A stretch of DNA of 64,000 nucleotides from Lingula anatina (GCA_051362555.1 CM120648.1:8862587-8926586); one strand, 5' to 3'; numbered from the stretch's first letter, positions 28,798-42,480 are shown. The notes: generated by a model not told the origin, from the letters alone. A program made the numbers and translations.

Positions 28798-31291
28798 TGT
28801 TCATTGTGAAGTGAATGATAATCAATAGACTTTCACCAGCCAACTTTATAAGTGGTGACTGACACTCGGAAGAAGTTAATGTAATTCAGATCACTGTCAG
28901 GATAGCGAGAAGCCCTCAGGTGGCTCAACAATCCCCCATACGCTTCTCGGAATTAATCAACACGGTAACAACGTCACTTAACCTCCGCTGATCTGAATTT
29001 TTGCTTCTCGTCCTTTTGGTCAATGAAGTCATGTCCCAGAGCCCAATTAAATACAATTAACTATCGGAAAACTTCCCGTGAGGTAATCAGATTAAGAGAT
29101 ATTGGAGAGACTGGTGGTAGGTGCATTTGTGTTCTAAATTTATTATGTATGTGTCTGCCTTCCATGCAAAATTACCTGTCAAATATTATCTCCTCATTCA
29201 GTGACTTTTAGTAATTGAAAGTAATTTAAGGGACTTTCAGTAATTAATGAAAAACCAAGAATAAGGTTTTTAAAACTTGGACTAATATGTGTTGCTCATA
29301 ATTAGTCCTTTATTCAATTTCTACCAAATTCCTCTTCATAATATACTTGGTAAGTGCAATATCTGTATTCAATAGATCAGACGATACATATATAAATGAT
29401 GAAAAGTTGTTAAAGATTTTGAGAGAGGCATATGAATAAATGTATCCTTAATCTATTCTGATGTTTGGCATCTACATTGTATTTCTCCAGGAAGGGCAGC
29501 AAGCAGACGTTTCTTCTTGGATAGATCTTTCCAGAAAAATTATCAGTCAGATCTCCTGCATTTTCCAATGATTCCTGGTGATAATCCTAGGTAAATTAAT
29601 TGATTCATTCAAGTCCCCATTGCGTGAGATTTGCAGGTCTCCTTGTCTCACAAAAATTCCTGGCAAATCCCGAAGGATTATGGGAAATGAGCCACCAGCA
29701 CAGCCAAATAATGAAGAAATTGCGATGAATCTTTTATGTGGATCGAGAGCAATCCAGAAAAAAACCTGAAAGTTCAATCCTTATTGCTCCTGGGATACGT
29801 AACTTGAAGAGGAGGCAAGTTGCGCAACTCCCCAAAAAAGTAATGCTCCTAAAATTCCAGGAAACTAAATTCAGATCTACTACGAGTGAGTTCTCTTTAG
29901 TGTTATCTGCATTTTAAAAGAGAATGCTTCCTTCGTGTTGAGGTAGAATTTAAGAAAAAAAAATACTCAGACAACAAAACCTGGATTCTCTCTGTTTCGA
30001 ATCTGGATCAGTGATTGTGATTCCTTGAGAAAAAGCACAAATTGTGAAAAATATGCATTTTCTCTACAAGCTGTGTGCTCGATCAGAGGAGGTTTTTTCA
30101 GGAATTTCATTGGTAGATTTAACGTTCTCCAGCAGCACTCCTTCCTTGAGGTCAATGATTCAAAAAACAAAAGTAATATTTAACACCTGAAGTCTCCTAG
30201 GCCCCAGGAGACACCAACCAGTCATGTAAGTTTACAATTACACTGACATCCCTTCCTCTGAAGAGCGAAGAGTCAAATAAAAATGTGTCTGCTCCGATGG
30301 CACTGACATTTGCTAAGTCAAATTTCTTTCGCACAAGTGAAGATTTTCAAAAAAAATTTGGAAGATTAAATATCTTATACACATACCCCAAAGCTATACT
30401 GGGCGAGTCTGGCAGTTTCTGCAGGATTAGCAGACCATTCACAAAGTGAAGGACAATTAAGACAAACCTGAAAGTAGAGCTGCGGCATCAACAGCATCAC
30501 CATAATGATTAAAAATGGATGAAATCTCTATAGGGAATGGTACTCATGCAAAAACATTCACTTTGAACCAGCTCAGCTGAAACTGTAACCGTGAATAGAG
30601 AAGAAGCAATTACAGTTCAGTTCACACTGGTCTTGACTGGACCGAATCTGGTTAAGTCTGAAATATGTCAACCGTTCTAATTGTAATCAAACCAGCAAAG
30701 TGGTCACAGGATTAGCATTTCAGTGACAATATCCACTTCTGTGTGCAATTACCAGTGTGCGGGAAAAAAATATAGAGAATATAAGATAAATAACTCATCA
30801 AAATAGGGGCATATTCACATCAGTAAATGGTGGATATTTGCTTTTAAATTTGTCTAAATTACATAAGGGTTCAGTTTTGAAGGTGCTGATAGTAATCAAG
30901 TAAATTTTCTCAGACCTTACACTTGCCTCGAAAGGCCACCATTCTGAGTATAGCACTTCACGAAGCAGTTATATAAATTCTTTAAATTTTTTAAAAATCA
31001 CATTTTTAAGATTCAAAACCAACCAAACCGCATCACGTGTGAACAGGTCTTTAACAGTTAGTGACAATGTTGAGAAAATTGAAATGGCATAATAATGGTA
31101 TGGGGGTTCCTATGTCTATTGCCTTTAATAATGCATTATAATTGTTCCTCTCTCTTCCCTAGCACTTTTCACAAGTAGATTACACGATTGTGGCACTACA
31201 GAAAGAACTCCCATGATGCCCATCAATATATTAGACCTCAGAAACATACAAAATACTATTAAGAGTGGGGCACAATCATTATAAACATTTT

Positions 31292-31569
31292 GAGGCCATT
31301 CCAGACAGAAGATCCAAGGATCTGCTGATCCACAAATCAAATATGGCAGACCCTACATGAAAGAAGAGCCAATCAATCTGCTGATGGTCTATCCACCTAC
31401 ATACACGCCTTTAAATGGCTTAAACCACGGCTCTGAGGTTTAATTGCTAGATCCCGTGTGGAGGCAGGAAGACCGTCAGTGGATTAGTCGGCTCTTCTTT
31501 CATGTAGGGTCTGCCATATTTGATCCATAGATCAGAAGATCCTTGGATCTTCTGTTTCTTAATGGCCAC
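31292..31569. mobile_element. Palindromic MITE, family A3
   Basis: GGCCATT..ACAGAAGATCCAAGGATC..ATCAAATATGGCAGACCCTACATGAAAGAAGAGCC with its inverted copy; same family as 25645. Confidence 0.85.
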
Positions 31570-31573
31570 TATT

Positions 31574-31789
31574 AGGGATCATTCTCATTCTCACTAAATT
31601 GCTATCAGCTTAACCGGCTTAAATATCTGTCACGCCTACTAAAACTGTTAGGGGGTAATTATCTTTACCCCCTAGCTGATTTGGTAGGCGTGACAGACAT
31701 TTAAGCCTATTAGTTGACAGCAATTTAGTGAGACTCCCCAAGGAGTTAGACGGATGCCACTGGATCGATCTAGGCATGGGAACCCAGTC
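31574..31789. mobile_element. Palindromic MITE, family B (abutting the A3 copy)
   Basis: Inverted arms CTCACTAAATTGCT..GGCTTAAAT.TCTGTCACGCCTAC / GTAGGCGTGACAGACATTTAAGCC..GCAATTTAGTGAG around AGGGGGTAA. Confidence 0.8.
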
Positions 31790-34150
31790 ATATTTTAACT
31801 TCTAAGGAGTCTCATAACTGTGCAGGTAAATGTCAACATTGATTGGTGCCATTATCTGACCTTTGAAATGAGAGAAACTTCTCCGAAATAAGAAATTACA
31901 CCACCAATTCATAATATCTGTATATCAGCCATTGATGAAGATCCTTCTTTCAACATAGAGAACACTGAAAGTCAATGCTCTCAGCTCTTGAGTAAACCAA
32001 ACTAGACCATGCCACAAGTTTGACACCTGAATTCAACTCAGCCGCCCTCTTTTCAAGAACATAGGGGCACTTCGAAGCCAACTAGACTGTGAATGCCAAT
32101 GTCTTTATACCGAGACCCTACAGTTATATACTCCCTTTATCAAAAGAATGTTAAAGGAAATGTCACTATCTTTATATCAGAATGTGCACAGATGTATGTG
32201 GTGCCTGCGTATAATCAGATTGAATTTTTTTGTAAAGAAGAAGTGTAACAATGAGATCGCTTAAACATGCTATGGGCTTTAAGGTGCATGTTTATACAGA
32301 ATCGCTGACATACATGTAATTATGTACAAGTCATGTTACTCAAGATATTATCCCTCTGCAACAATTTGGCCAAAATGGGATTGGTTAAATTAATTACACA
32401 TCCATGAAACCTTTTAGTTTTCATAATTTTTGTTATATATTTATTAATGAATTAATGCCTTGGAGGTAAATCTGTTCATCATACTGTACATCTTTATAAT
32501 TTCACAATATAATTTGTCAATAGCAAAATGTCACCTAAATACATGAAAATATGATGATGAATACAAGCATGAAATGCTGCCATTCAATTTGATTGTCACT
32601 GATGGTATAAATGAGCAATTATAGTTATGACATTAAGATGCAATTAATAAATGATTAAAATGAACAATTCACATATAATAATGATTCATGTGGCATTCTG
32701 CTGAACAATCCTTGATAAACAATTTGGAAAATGAATTCACAGTAGTAATAGGATTATTGTAATGGCCCATTATTTTGTGCAGAAATGGATTTCTTGGTAG
32801 TATGGCACTTATTATATGAACCTGTAATTCCACAGTATCCCCCCCTCTATAACAGATTACATAGCTCAATAAAACTTATTTCCCACTTTAATTTAGTTTT
32901 TATATACTTAAAAACAGTTTAAGGTACTACATATGAGATTTACCCACCAAAATTAAATTTCCTTGGGGGGAAAAAGCAATTTTTCATCCTCACAAATCAT
33001 TACGCAAACCTGTTCCTGCAAATGGATTCGGATGATTTTGTCTCAACTGAATGGCCAGTCATTTAAAACATCATGTCTTCTTGTTCAGTGCAGAAAAATA
33101 TCAGCATCAAATTCTTTTATTTGAGTTTTTTTAATGTTCTTAAGGTCTGACTTGGAAAAGGCAAGTGGTTTTGCAAAATATGCAGTAATTAAGACATAAA
33201 AATATATATATTCAGATAATATGCCTCTGAGATAAATCGCAATTAGTTTTGAGTTTGTAAGACCAAGGGGGGGGGGGGGGGGTTACAGAGTGGGAAAACT
33301 CTTGTGAAATGATCCTAAAATTAACCCATAGCAGCATACAGTTTTATATAGTTCATATCTGTACTTCATAAAAAAGGACATTTGCCTTCAAAAGTCCTGT
33401 GAGAAGTTAATTTTCACAAACTTTAATTTACTATCAAATACCTCCCTTTACTGACCTAACATGATGCCAAAATGTAACAAAATACATGTGTTGTTTTGGG
33501 AAGAGTATTATATTGGCGTCACTTCTCTCTGAAATGAAATGGATTTACCTAATCAGGCAAAATCTTCATGACGGCTTCCATTTAAGAACAAGGATCAATA
33601 CATTAACACTTCTTTTCCACTGACAGCCAATTTTATCATAAAGAACATCTACTGTAGCTAAGCAAGCATTTCTCACTCCTGAGTAGAATTCAATGAGCAA
33701 GATCGTAACGTTATTTTTTAAGGATAATGATAATGCCACTGTGCCATGGTATAATTTTTTCATCGAGCATTTACTTTAAATTAAAATGGTACAACTTGTA
33801 AAATTAATGGCTCTTATTTGCCCACACAGATACTAATTTATGCACAGCATGTGTATTTAATCTCTCATATTGAAATAAATTAAATTTATCTCATCATTTC
33901 ATTGGATTAAGACCTAACCAATCAATGGTGATGACACATTTCCTTCCCCTGAGTTTCAAAGTTTAGAGGAGATGGAATTGGCAGGAATATATGCATGTTC
34001 ACAATAGATGGTGACCAGCATCCAGCAAAAGAAACTTGGTGTACTTTTAATAAATTATGGTAATTACTCGATCTTTTTTACATGTATCTTGTTATAACGC
34101 ATATTGTATAATGCTATATTTATTATTTCATTTATTTATTATTATTACTA

Positions 34151-34326
<176 letters not shown>

Positions 34327-35318
34327 AATTTTTACAAAGCTTTCTATAGCTACAAACTTAAAAAGAGGCTGCTTTATAGTTCTAATTTATGCAGTAAAAG
34401 CTCGCAAACTAGAAATATAATTTTTGTGAATATAAAATAATATACCTGAAAGTTTGATAATTTTTGTTCATTGAAAAGATTGAGTCATCACAATATATTG
34501 TACTCTGATAAAACATTCTGTTTCAAGCAATCAAGACGAATAAATGAGAAAATGGCAGCTAAGCACTGTCCGGAGTACAGTTTCACTTGACCTATCAGTG
34601 ATCTTGTTACATTCCAAGAATAAAGTCATCAGCCTTTCTAAATGTCATTTTAAGAGCAGCATTTATCATTTACTGTAGTTTCAAATAACAAAATTGTTCA
34701 AAAAGACCTTTTAACTCCATAACAGACAGTGATATGGAAGGATGGTTTAATTCAATCAGATCAATCTGTATTTGTTCCATGATTGAAATACTATCATTAT
34801 AATAACCTTAGCATTTACATCTTGCTGCCAATCCAAGTGACATTCTTTTAAGCAGTTTCTGTAAAATATAACAGATTCATCTATTGAATTCAATTAAAAG
34901 ACAACACGTATCTCATTTGACAAGTTCTAAATATCCAGACTGCATTACATTTTTCACTGTCAAAATTGAAATCCTTAGACTGCACTTGGTTGCACCTCAT
35001 TGTTTTACATAGACATGTGCCACAGGAAACATCTATTCAGATGATTTTCTTTACAAGATTTTAATACACAACCATTATCCAATTGGAAAGCTAAGACCTT
35101 TAAAAAACACTAGTCAAGAGCAACCATCGACCCACAGGATACTGAATAAGAACAGCATTCCATCCATGTATCACATGAATAACATTGTAAAATTTACGAA
35201 ATGATCTCCTATTTGATTTTTTGTTGAGAAATGAAACAGGCAGGTCAAAACAAACCATGAAAATATTGTTTTTACCAATGTTTTTTTTCTGAAAATATAA
35301 TAAGGTGTAAATACAACT

Positions 35319-36893
35319 TTAGTCTCTGTACTTGAAAATCTGTATTTTTCCCTTGCACTCCGTCACAACCAGGTGGCCATCGCTATCAACTTCAATACCT
35401 CTAGGATACTGCAACCCGTCGTCCTTGGTAACCAGGTCACGTATAAACTTCCCATCAGGTGACACCAAGTGAACACGATGTGTCACCCAATCGGCAACCA
35501 TAATGTTCCCTAACTTATCAACACAGACGCCCCTTGGTTCGCTCATTTCTTCACCCTCACCAGACCCTTTGCGACCATATCGAAACACAACATCACCCTC
35601 TAGTGTTAAACCACACATGCAGTATTTTCCATTATCTGAAACTACAATCACATTCTTGCGAGTTTTGGTGAGAAACCATGGGTGGTCAAAAAGCTGATTT
35701 CCTTGACTGTCAATGGCGATGGTTTTTAGCTTGGCCCCATTTATGTTGACCAACGTGACTGCTTTGGTGGCATCCCCCACAAAGGCTAACTCATTCTGAC
35801 TGAGCCATACCACACCTCTGCACTTTGGTGCTACAAGGGCTTTTTTCACTCGGAATGTGGAATCTAATATAAAAAGGCTATCATTTCCAGTGCTGGCCAC
35901 AGCAATGTTGCCATCTTGACCACAGGAAATATCCCAGGGGTGGTCAAGATGGTGTCCACCATCCCCTGACCATTCATAAATAAGATTGCCACTCTTCTTG
36001 AAAACTTTGATTTTGTGGTTGTTGAAGTCCGTCACAAGCATGGTGGAGTCCTTGGCAATAGCTACACCTGCAATCCAAGGATCACTGGCATCTGACTTTG
36101 ACCGAGCATTAAATTCTTGGACTTTGGTGGCTTTAGGTCTGATAGCGTACGGTTCTTGTTTTCCTGGTTCCACATCTGGTTGTGATTTGTCACCCTGGCT
36201 AACTGTAGTGGCAGGCGGCTGATGGCAGGAATGTGTTGGATTACACGGTAATGTGTTAGGTGTGATTGTGCTAGGTGTGACACTGCAAGGAATGTCACTC
36301 TCAATAGATGGCATCACAGGCAGCTGGACGGTTGACTCAGGATTTTCTTTTCCTGTTAACCCTAATTCTAAAATTCCTAATGGAGATGTCATATCATCAG
36401 TGACTTCTTTAATGAATTTGTCATTTGGAATAAACTTTAAAGACCTTGGAGACACTGGGTGATGTTTCAATGCATCCTTTTCTTTCAAAAGTTTGGTCTG
36501 GTCATAGATTTGTTGGGCAACTCTTTTCACTTCAGCTTTTGATCTGGAATGTGACACGCTGCTGCCCAAAGCCAAGGAGCCCTCAATCTGATGCTGAAAC
36601 AACGACAATTCAGCCATCTTGGTTTTCACTTGACGCATATCTTCATCAGCTACTGTGTTAACTTTGCTGTGTAATTTTGCTTGGTGCTGTCTGATAATAT
36701 TTATAACCCTCTCACAATGAGCATCAATAGTATTTCTCATTTCATCCTGCTGTTGAGAAATTTTGACTTCATTGTCTTTCAGAACTTTGACATGCTCCGC
36801 ACATTGTCTCTCAATGAACAGAAGAGATAATCTATTTTTCTGAAGCTCATCTAATACATCCTTTGCATCTTCACAATCTGCTTGACAAGACAT
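35319..36893 (-). CDS. Intronless coiled-coil + NHL-repeat protein (TRIM2/3/71-like C-terminal part, no RING or B-box), nested in an agrin intron
   Basis: 524-aa ORF from ATG 36893. It has an N-terminal coiled coil resembling the TRIM BBC region, a Pro/Ser/Thr linker, and NHL blades (GVAIAKDSTMLVTDFNNHKIKVF; HPWDISCGQDGNIAVA; HPWFLTKTRKNVIVVSDNG; EPRGVCVDKLGNIMVADWVTHRVHLVSPDG; YPRGIEVDSDGHLVVTE). Confidence 0.9.
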   Translation of the reverse strand: MSCQADCEDAKDVLDELQKNRLSLLFIERQCAEHVKVLKDNEVKISQQQDEMRNTIDAHCERVINIIRQHQAKLHSKVNTVADEDMRQVKTKMAELSLFQHQIEGSLALGSSVSHSRSKAEVKRVAQQIYDQTKLLKEKDALKHHPVSPRSLKFIPNDKFIKEVTDDMTSPLGILELGLTGKENPESTVQLPVMPSIESDIPCSVTPSTITPNTLPCNPTHSCHQPPATTVSQGDKSQPDVEPGKQEPYAIRPKATKVQEFNARSKSDASDPWIAGVAIAKDSTMLVTDFNNHKIKVFKKSGNLIYEWSGDGGHHLDHPWDISCGQDGNIAVASTGNDSLFILDSTFRVKKALVAPKCRGVVWLSQNELAFVGDATKAVTLVNINGAKLKTIAIDSQGNQLFDHPWFLTKTRKNVIVVSDNGKYCMCGLTLEGDVVFRYGRKGSGEGEEMSEPRGVCVDKLGNIMVADWVTHRVHLVSPDGKFIRDLVTKDDGLQYPRGIEVDSDGHLVVTECKGKIQIFKYRD

Positions 36894-37706
36894 TTTTCTA
36901 AGGTTCACTCCTTTCTATCACTCTGTTGACAAAAAAATCACTTTTTTCCCAGCACCTACTTTGGAATGGTGGAACTCTGCGTGACAGGAAGCCCCATAGG
37001 GCTCTCGAAGGCTGTTACTTCTATATATGACTAACTTTCAGTTCAGATTATCAAAGATACAGTGATATTGATACATATAGTATGAAGTGGACTGAATCAT
37101 TGATATCATTCACATGAACTGAACTCTTTATCTGCAGAATGATATCCATGATTGAAATTTAGGTCAGAATAATTTGATCAGGAAACTTGCCTATATTAGC
37201 TTATGGCAAGTTCAACTAGTACCTTGATGATTATCATGTTTGGGGTTTCACCCCGAGTTCCATACATACTATAACCTCCAATGCCAGTGCCAGTAACATG
37301 TGTAATTGATGTATAAGTAACCTTTGAATCTCAGGGACAGCAGAGAATGGGAAAAAATAAGATGAGATTCTGATTTTCCCAGAAAATCTCGAAACATTTT
37401 TTAGTCAATGCCTGACAGTGTACGGTACCTCATTCACCTCTTTCAGAAATGAAAGAAGAGGCTATATTTGGTGGGTTGGACTGTCAATAAATTCACCAAG
37501 GCAGAAATGCACAATCATTAGATAATAGGCAAATATTCAATCTACATCTATATGTGCGAGGAATTATAAAAACACAAATTGGTCTGCATCATATGAGTGT
37601 GGTAAGAAATCAATTGCAAGTCAAACATAAAATGAGCAATGTGTTACAAGCAGTGTGGTAGTTGAGAAGCAATCTCAACCTGGTGCAATCAGTATTTTCA
37701 CTTCAA

Positions 37707-37913
37707 GGGTCTGTTCAGAACCAAGTTGATCTGCTGACTAACTGATCATCGGATCAAATATGGCATATACTTGACAATGGATTCCCTGCCTCTCACGCAT
37801 GCCATCCCTGCAGGGACAGAGCAATTAAATCTCTGCATGCTTTCAAGTGGGTTGCTCCATATTTGATCTGTGGCATAGTTAGCCCGCGGATCAACTTGGT
37901 TCTGAACAGGCTC
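37707..37913. mobile_element. PIF/Harbinger-like MITE, family A2
   Basis: CAA flanks; TIR GGGTCTGTTCAGAACCAAGTTGATC...GATCAACTTGGTTCTGAACAGGCTC; ATCAAATATGG/CCATATTTGAT subterminal motif. Confidence 0.8.
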
Positions 37914-38610
37914 CAATACTCAACATTCACATAGTTTGTTTTGGTAGTTTCCTTCAGCTATCAAGAACTTTTTTAAACCAAAAAATGGGAAACTTTACAC
38001 ATGAAATTGTGCATAATTAGTAATCTCCTTCTAAAACAGGACCAAAAACAAGCATCAACCAAGCCCCCTCGATATGTAAGAAGTATAAAAGAGATCCATC
38101 TCTAATAGGGGACTTCAAAACAAACACAATTTACTGATGAAAAGTGCCAACAGTTTGGTAATTATAATAAATTGAGTGTAATTGGTATCTATAAGATCAA
38201 CTAATATAAAAAAGAAAAATATCCTTTTTTTTAATATTTTTATATTTTTTATCAGTTGATCTTATAGATTTATCTATCTACATTTGTCACATGGGTGAGA
38301 ATGTTTAAACATGTGCAATGAATGTGCTGTAGTCTGTAATAGACACTTACCAACTTCACTTTCTGCAATAATTACAAAAGCAAAATGCTTTAAATACATA
38401 TGGTGTTATTTAAAATATTGTAATTTCTAAAAAAAATATGCATAACAAACCCTTTTTTATCATGAGAACCACAGGTATACAGAATACAACAAACTTAAAC
38501 TGATATTTCATAATTATCCTGTCTTTATCAATTTAAATCTGAAAATTATTGATTAAATATAACGAAAACAAAATATATCTTAAATGTTAAAAATAAAATA
38601 AGAACCTTAC

Positions 38611-38829
38611 CATTAACACAAGCACCTCGTAGTTTCTGTACGATCCTCCTCTGCGTGACACAGCTCAGTCGGCGCATCTGACATTCACTCGAGTACGTGA
38701 CACCATCGCTGCCGCATACTGGCGCATGCACAGAGGAACAATGCTCGATGCATTTACAATATGGCTCGTTTGTTGTGGCATTGACTAAACACTGTGCTCC
38801 AAAAGCACAGTAGAGTTTCTCGCAGGGCT
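38611..38829 (-). CDS. AGRN: Agrin exon: follistatin-N + Kazal module 1
   Basis: TTGCAG acceptor, G|GTAAGG donor, 219 nt, phase 1-1. Translates (E)PCEKLYCAFGAQCLVNATTNEPYCKCIEHCSSVHAPVCGSDGVTYSSECQMRRLSCVTQRRIVQKLRGACVN, with 10 Cys and the PVCGSDG-TY Kazal motif. Confidence 0.92.
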
Positions 38830-38969
38830 CTGCAATGTGTATGTGATAATAACATTTTTACATATTTTTTTAGCTATAATGTTCAGATCATCATGAAAAA
38901 TTACTACTATTATAAAAGTTGGTTTTAAAATTCTCTGGCATCTATCCAAAAATAGGAACTAATCTAAAA

Positions 38970-39016
<47 letters not shown>

Positions 39017-39018
<2 letters not shown>

Positions 39019-39518
39019 GCCATTCATACTAGCAAGTTAACCCCGAAAGAATCGTGGTCAAACAAACCCACTTTCTTTGTGTTCACACTGATACTAGCAG
39101 TGATAGCCTTTCACCAATCATATTTCCTGCTTAGCATGTGTATTATTGTTCTCATTAAAAAGTAATAAGAAGAACATGGCTAGAGTTGGCAACAATGACT
39201 CTTATGCTGCACAAAATATTTATTTTACCAAGAAATACTTCCATGAGAAAAAATTACAATTTCTGCAAATATGCGTGGCAAGGAGAAGAAATATTATTGA
39301 ATATGATGTGCCATGTCTGATAAAATCAGTATCAGTATACTGTCAGAAGTTCCTGCGAAATCTGACTACTGCACACAAAGTTCACTTCGATAGAACTGTA
39401 GTTCCGATCTGGTTTATTTGGACAGCAGTCAGGGTACATAGTCCACTAGAAAAGTTTAGACCTGATAGGACAGCGATCAGGCCTTAACCACAGTCAAAAT
39501 TAGCAGTGTGAATGGACC
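39017..39518. mobile_element. Harbinger-like non-autonomous element inserted in a (CT)n microsatellite
   Basis: Ends GGGCCATTCATACTAGC...GCAGTGTGAATGGACC; TC repeats lie directly on both sides. Confidence 0.65.
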
Positions 39519-39782
39519 TTCTCTCTCTCTCTCTCTCTTTCGCCATAATGCCACTAATTTCACACAATGAGGTGAATTGGATCAGCACAGCATACATTCC
39601 ATACTTCTGTGGTTGCAATTACATCTCCATTAGCTTGATGCTTTGGATCAATTCCATCAGCAGGAGAGCCATTTTTTTCTTTCCTCTCTGTGTTCTATAT
39701 TCAGCACATCTAATGAGAAAGATTATTGTGTTGCATTCCTTTGGGAATAATAACAGGGGCACTTTGGCATGTTCTGGGGTAT

Positions 39783-40150
39783 AGTGCGGTCAGGGGTGTG
39801 ACACAGTCAAGGTCATGTAGTTGTCAGGGGTGTGACACAGTCACCAACGTGATACAGTCAGGGGTGTGACACAGTCAAGGTCGTGTAGTTGTCAGAGGTG
39901 TGACAAAGTCACCAACGTGACACAGTTAGGTGTGTGACACAGTCAGAGACATGAGTCAAGGGTATGACGTGGTGAGGGATATGACAGTCATGGACGTGAC
40001 AAAAGGGTGTAGTGTGGTCAGGGATATAGCACAGTCAAGGTATGACACAGGGGTGTGAACTGGTCAAGGGTATAGCACAGTCAGGGGTGTGAAGTGGTCA
40101 GGGGTATAGCACAGTCAGGTGTATGTGTGAGGTGGTCAAGGAAATGACAG
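39783..40150. repeat. Degenerate G-rich minisatellite (GTCAGGGGTGTGACACA-like units)
   Basis: Repeated CAGTCAGGGGTGTGACA/CAGTCAAGG variants. Confidence 0.85.
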
Positions 40151-42199
40151 GTGACAGTTTAGAAAGGTTGACACTACTAAAAACAAGGGTTAAGTTCAGT
40201 TTTCTTTTTCAGGGCATCTAAATTATTTTTGAAATATATCTTGTTGTTTTTGTTGTTGTTTTTCTTTTTTATTTTTATTACCTTTTCTTTTTAGTAAAAT
40301 TACCACAAAAGATTGAGAAAAATACCCCAACTACACCTGTAAACCCACATGACAATTTGCCTTTTTATAAGTCAATATTCACAAATTAAACTTGATAAGA
40401 TTTTCTTTTTTTGTTCAGTTCAAATGTGATATTTTCCCCCCAAATCTTAACACTGAAAAATCTTGACAAAATTGCTGAACTGAGAAGTACTTCTAAAAGC
40501 TATCCTCATCCACATTCTTTAATTCTATTAAAATATTAGTTCATTTCAGCAACCTTTATATAAAATGTGCAAAATATCTATATTTAGTAATTTAGCACCA
40601 GAACATGACAGATCGGCTGTTTCCATTTGTAAACCTTTTGCTAGTATCTCTAAGCTATTAGGCTGTTATGTCAGTTATCAGGCCAGACATGCTCTTTCAG
40701 TAATTTAAGATATTACTCTCAGTTGGAAATATGTATTACAGAAAGGCCAACATTTTCTGCGCGATTCTCACAAATGCTCTTTATGCGCACTTAGAGTGAC
40801 ATATTGCTTTTAAGCTGTTTCCCAAATGAAAAAATGTGGGGTAACTTTATAACTTATTCATCAAGATTCAGACTGTATACAAATGTTGGTTTTGCCTATG
40901 TTTTGTTTTTCTTCCTGATAATGATTGCTTCAGAAACTCATATCAACTGCACTTCAAATATATTTTGAAAAAGTTCTACAAACAACTAGCATCAACCTTA
41001 ATTTTTTAACATTCAATTAAAAATATTCTGCATTCTTTATCTTTCTACAGTCAAGTAACTTAGACCATTTTTGGACAGTTTTATAACATAATTATTACCA
41101 ATGGATAAGAGCGGCTGTGAAAAATGTGTTGCTTCACTACTTTAATCGAGAAATATTCATTCTACTCACTTCAAACTGTGCAATGAGAGGTTTCTAGGTT
41201 ATTTTGGAAAAAAAAACAATCATAATCTTTTTTTTTCCTTTTCAAATGGAAAACAGAAGCCATGCACGTAATCAGGCTTATTCTGTCTTAATGGAAGCCA
41301 TTTTGCCAACATCCCCTATGAAAACACAACACCTAATTCAGCTCAAATAATGTATATTGAATGGCACGCCTTTCCATCACAAAACAAGAAATTAATCAAG
41401 AAAAACAATTAAAGTAATGGAAAAATGGAGAGGTTTGGACATACACGAGATGGGTTAAATCAGCGGTGTGTGCATGCAGTACATCTCTTGATAAGCAGCA
41501 TCAACCATCTTCATCAGTTTTAATAAATAAAATGTTTTGTACTAATCAACCGCACCCTCCTTTTGTTTGAAAGTGCTTAAGGACTCATTCGACATAACAC
41601 AAAGAGCAGCACACTGATGAGAAATGACAAAATATAATGGCATATAGTGTCATTTCTTTGGTAACCATTTTAGATTTGATTAAGCTGAATCAATCACCTT
41701 GTGGCTTGCTCCCCCATGAATGCTTGGGTGGCAAATGAAAGCGAATTGTAAACTAATCATCCACAAAGGGACGTAATTTAGAGAAAAATTCCCGTTATCT
41801 ACACTCATTATCGTCAATCAGTGTAAATCACGGGAATGATTCATTTGTCAGCGCCAGGTTTTATCTCGAATGCTACTGGTACACAAAATACTGAGAAGAT
41901 CACACACAAAATGGCAGTCATCTATCTCATTTCACAGGTAGTTTTTTTTTCTACTTTTGGGAAACCACCACATGGAAAAAGGTGACACAAAAAAAAATAA
42001 GAACATGTTATATCTACGACTGGTTAAATAAAAACAGAAGAGATTTACCCTGATAAGATAAAAAACTAGTAAAAACAAAGACAAAAAAGATGCAGGCTTT
42101 AGATAAAAATGTACATATAACTACACAAATAAAACCATGTCACAAACTGCTGCTGCAAATTCCCACATGTTATAATGTGTCTCCCTCTCCACCCTCCCC

Positions 42200-42375
42200 C
42201 CTGTCATGCTCAAGAAACCCCCAACCCCATTATGCTCTAGACCCCCTCAGCCATGATCCAACACCCCCTCAGCCATGCTAACACCCCTCCTATCTCCACT
42301 CCAGCCATGCTCCAGACCCCTCCCCCCAAACCATGATCCACCCCCTCATGCTCCCCCCCCCCACCCCAGCCATGC
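42200..42375. repeat. Degenerate C-rich repeat (CCCC-AGCCATGCT)
   Basis: About 8 variants of CCCCCAGCCATGCTCCA adjoining the family C fragment. Confidence 0.7.
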
Positions 42376-42480
42376 TTGACAGGTATCTATTTTTTCTGTT
42401 GGAAAACGGTCAAAAATGTAGGATGGATCAACAAAGCTAATTTAGAAGACAGTCAGAAAATATCTCTGGATCCTCCCCTG
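42376..42480. mobile_element. Family C MITE, partial, inverted relative to 13165
   Basis: TTGACAGGTATCTATTTTTTCTGTTGGAAAACGGTCAAAAA...CAGAAAATATCTCTGGATCCTCCCCTG. Confidence 0.7.

Noticed and set aside
35503-36661. Several short ORFs overlapping the NHL gene
   Set aside because: Antisense or alternate-frame shadows of the real CDS.
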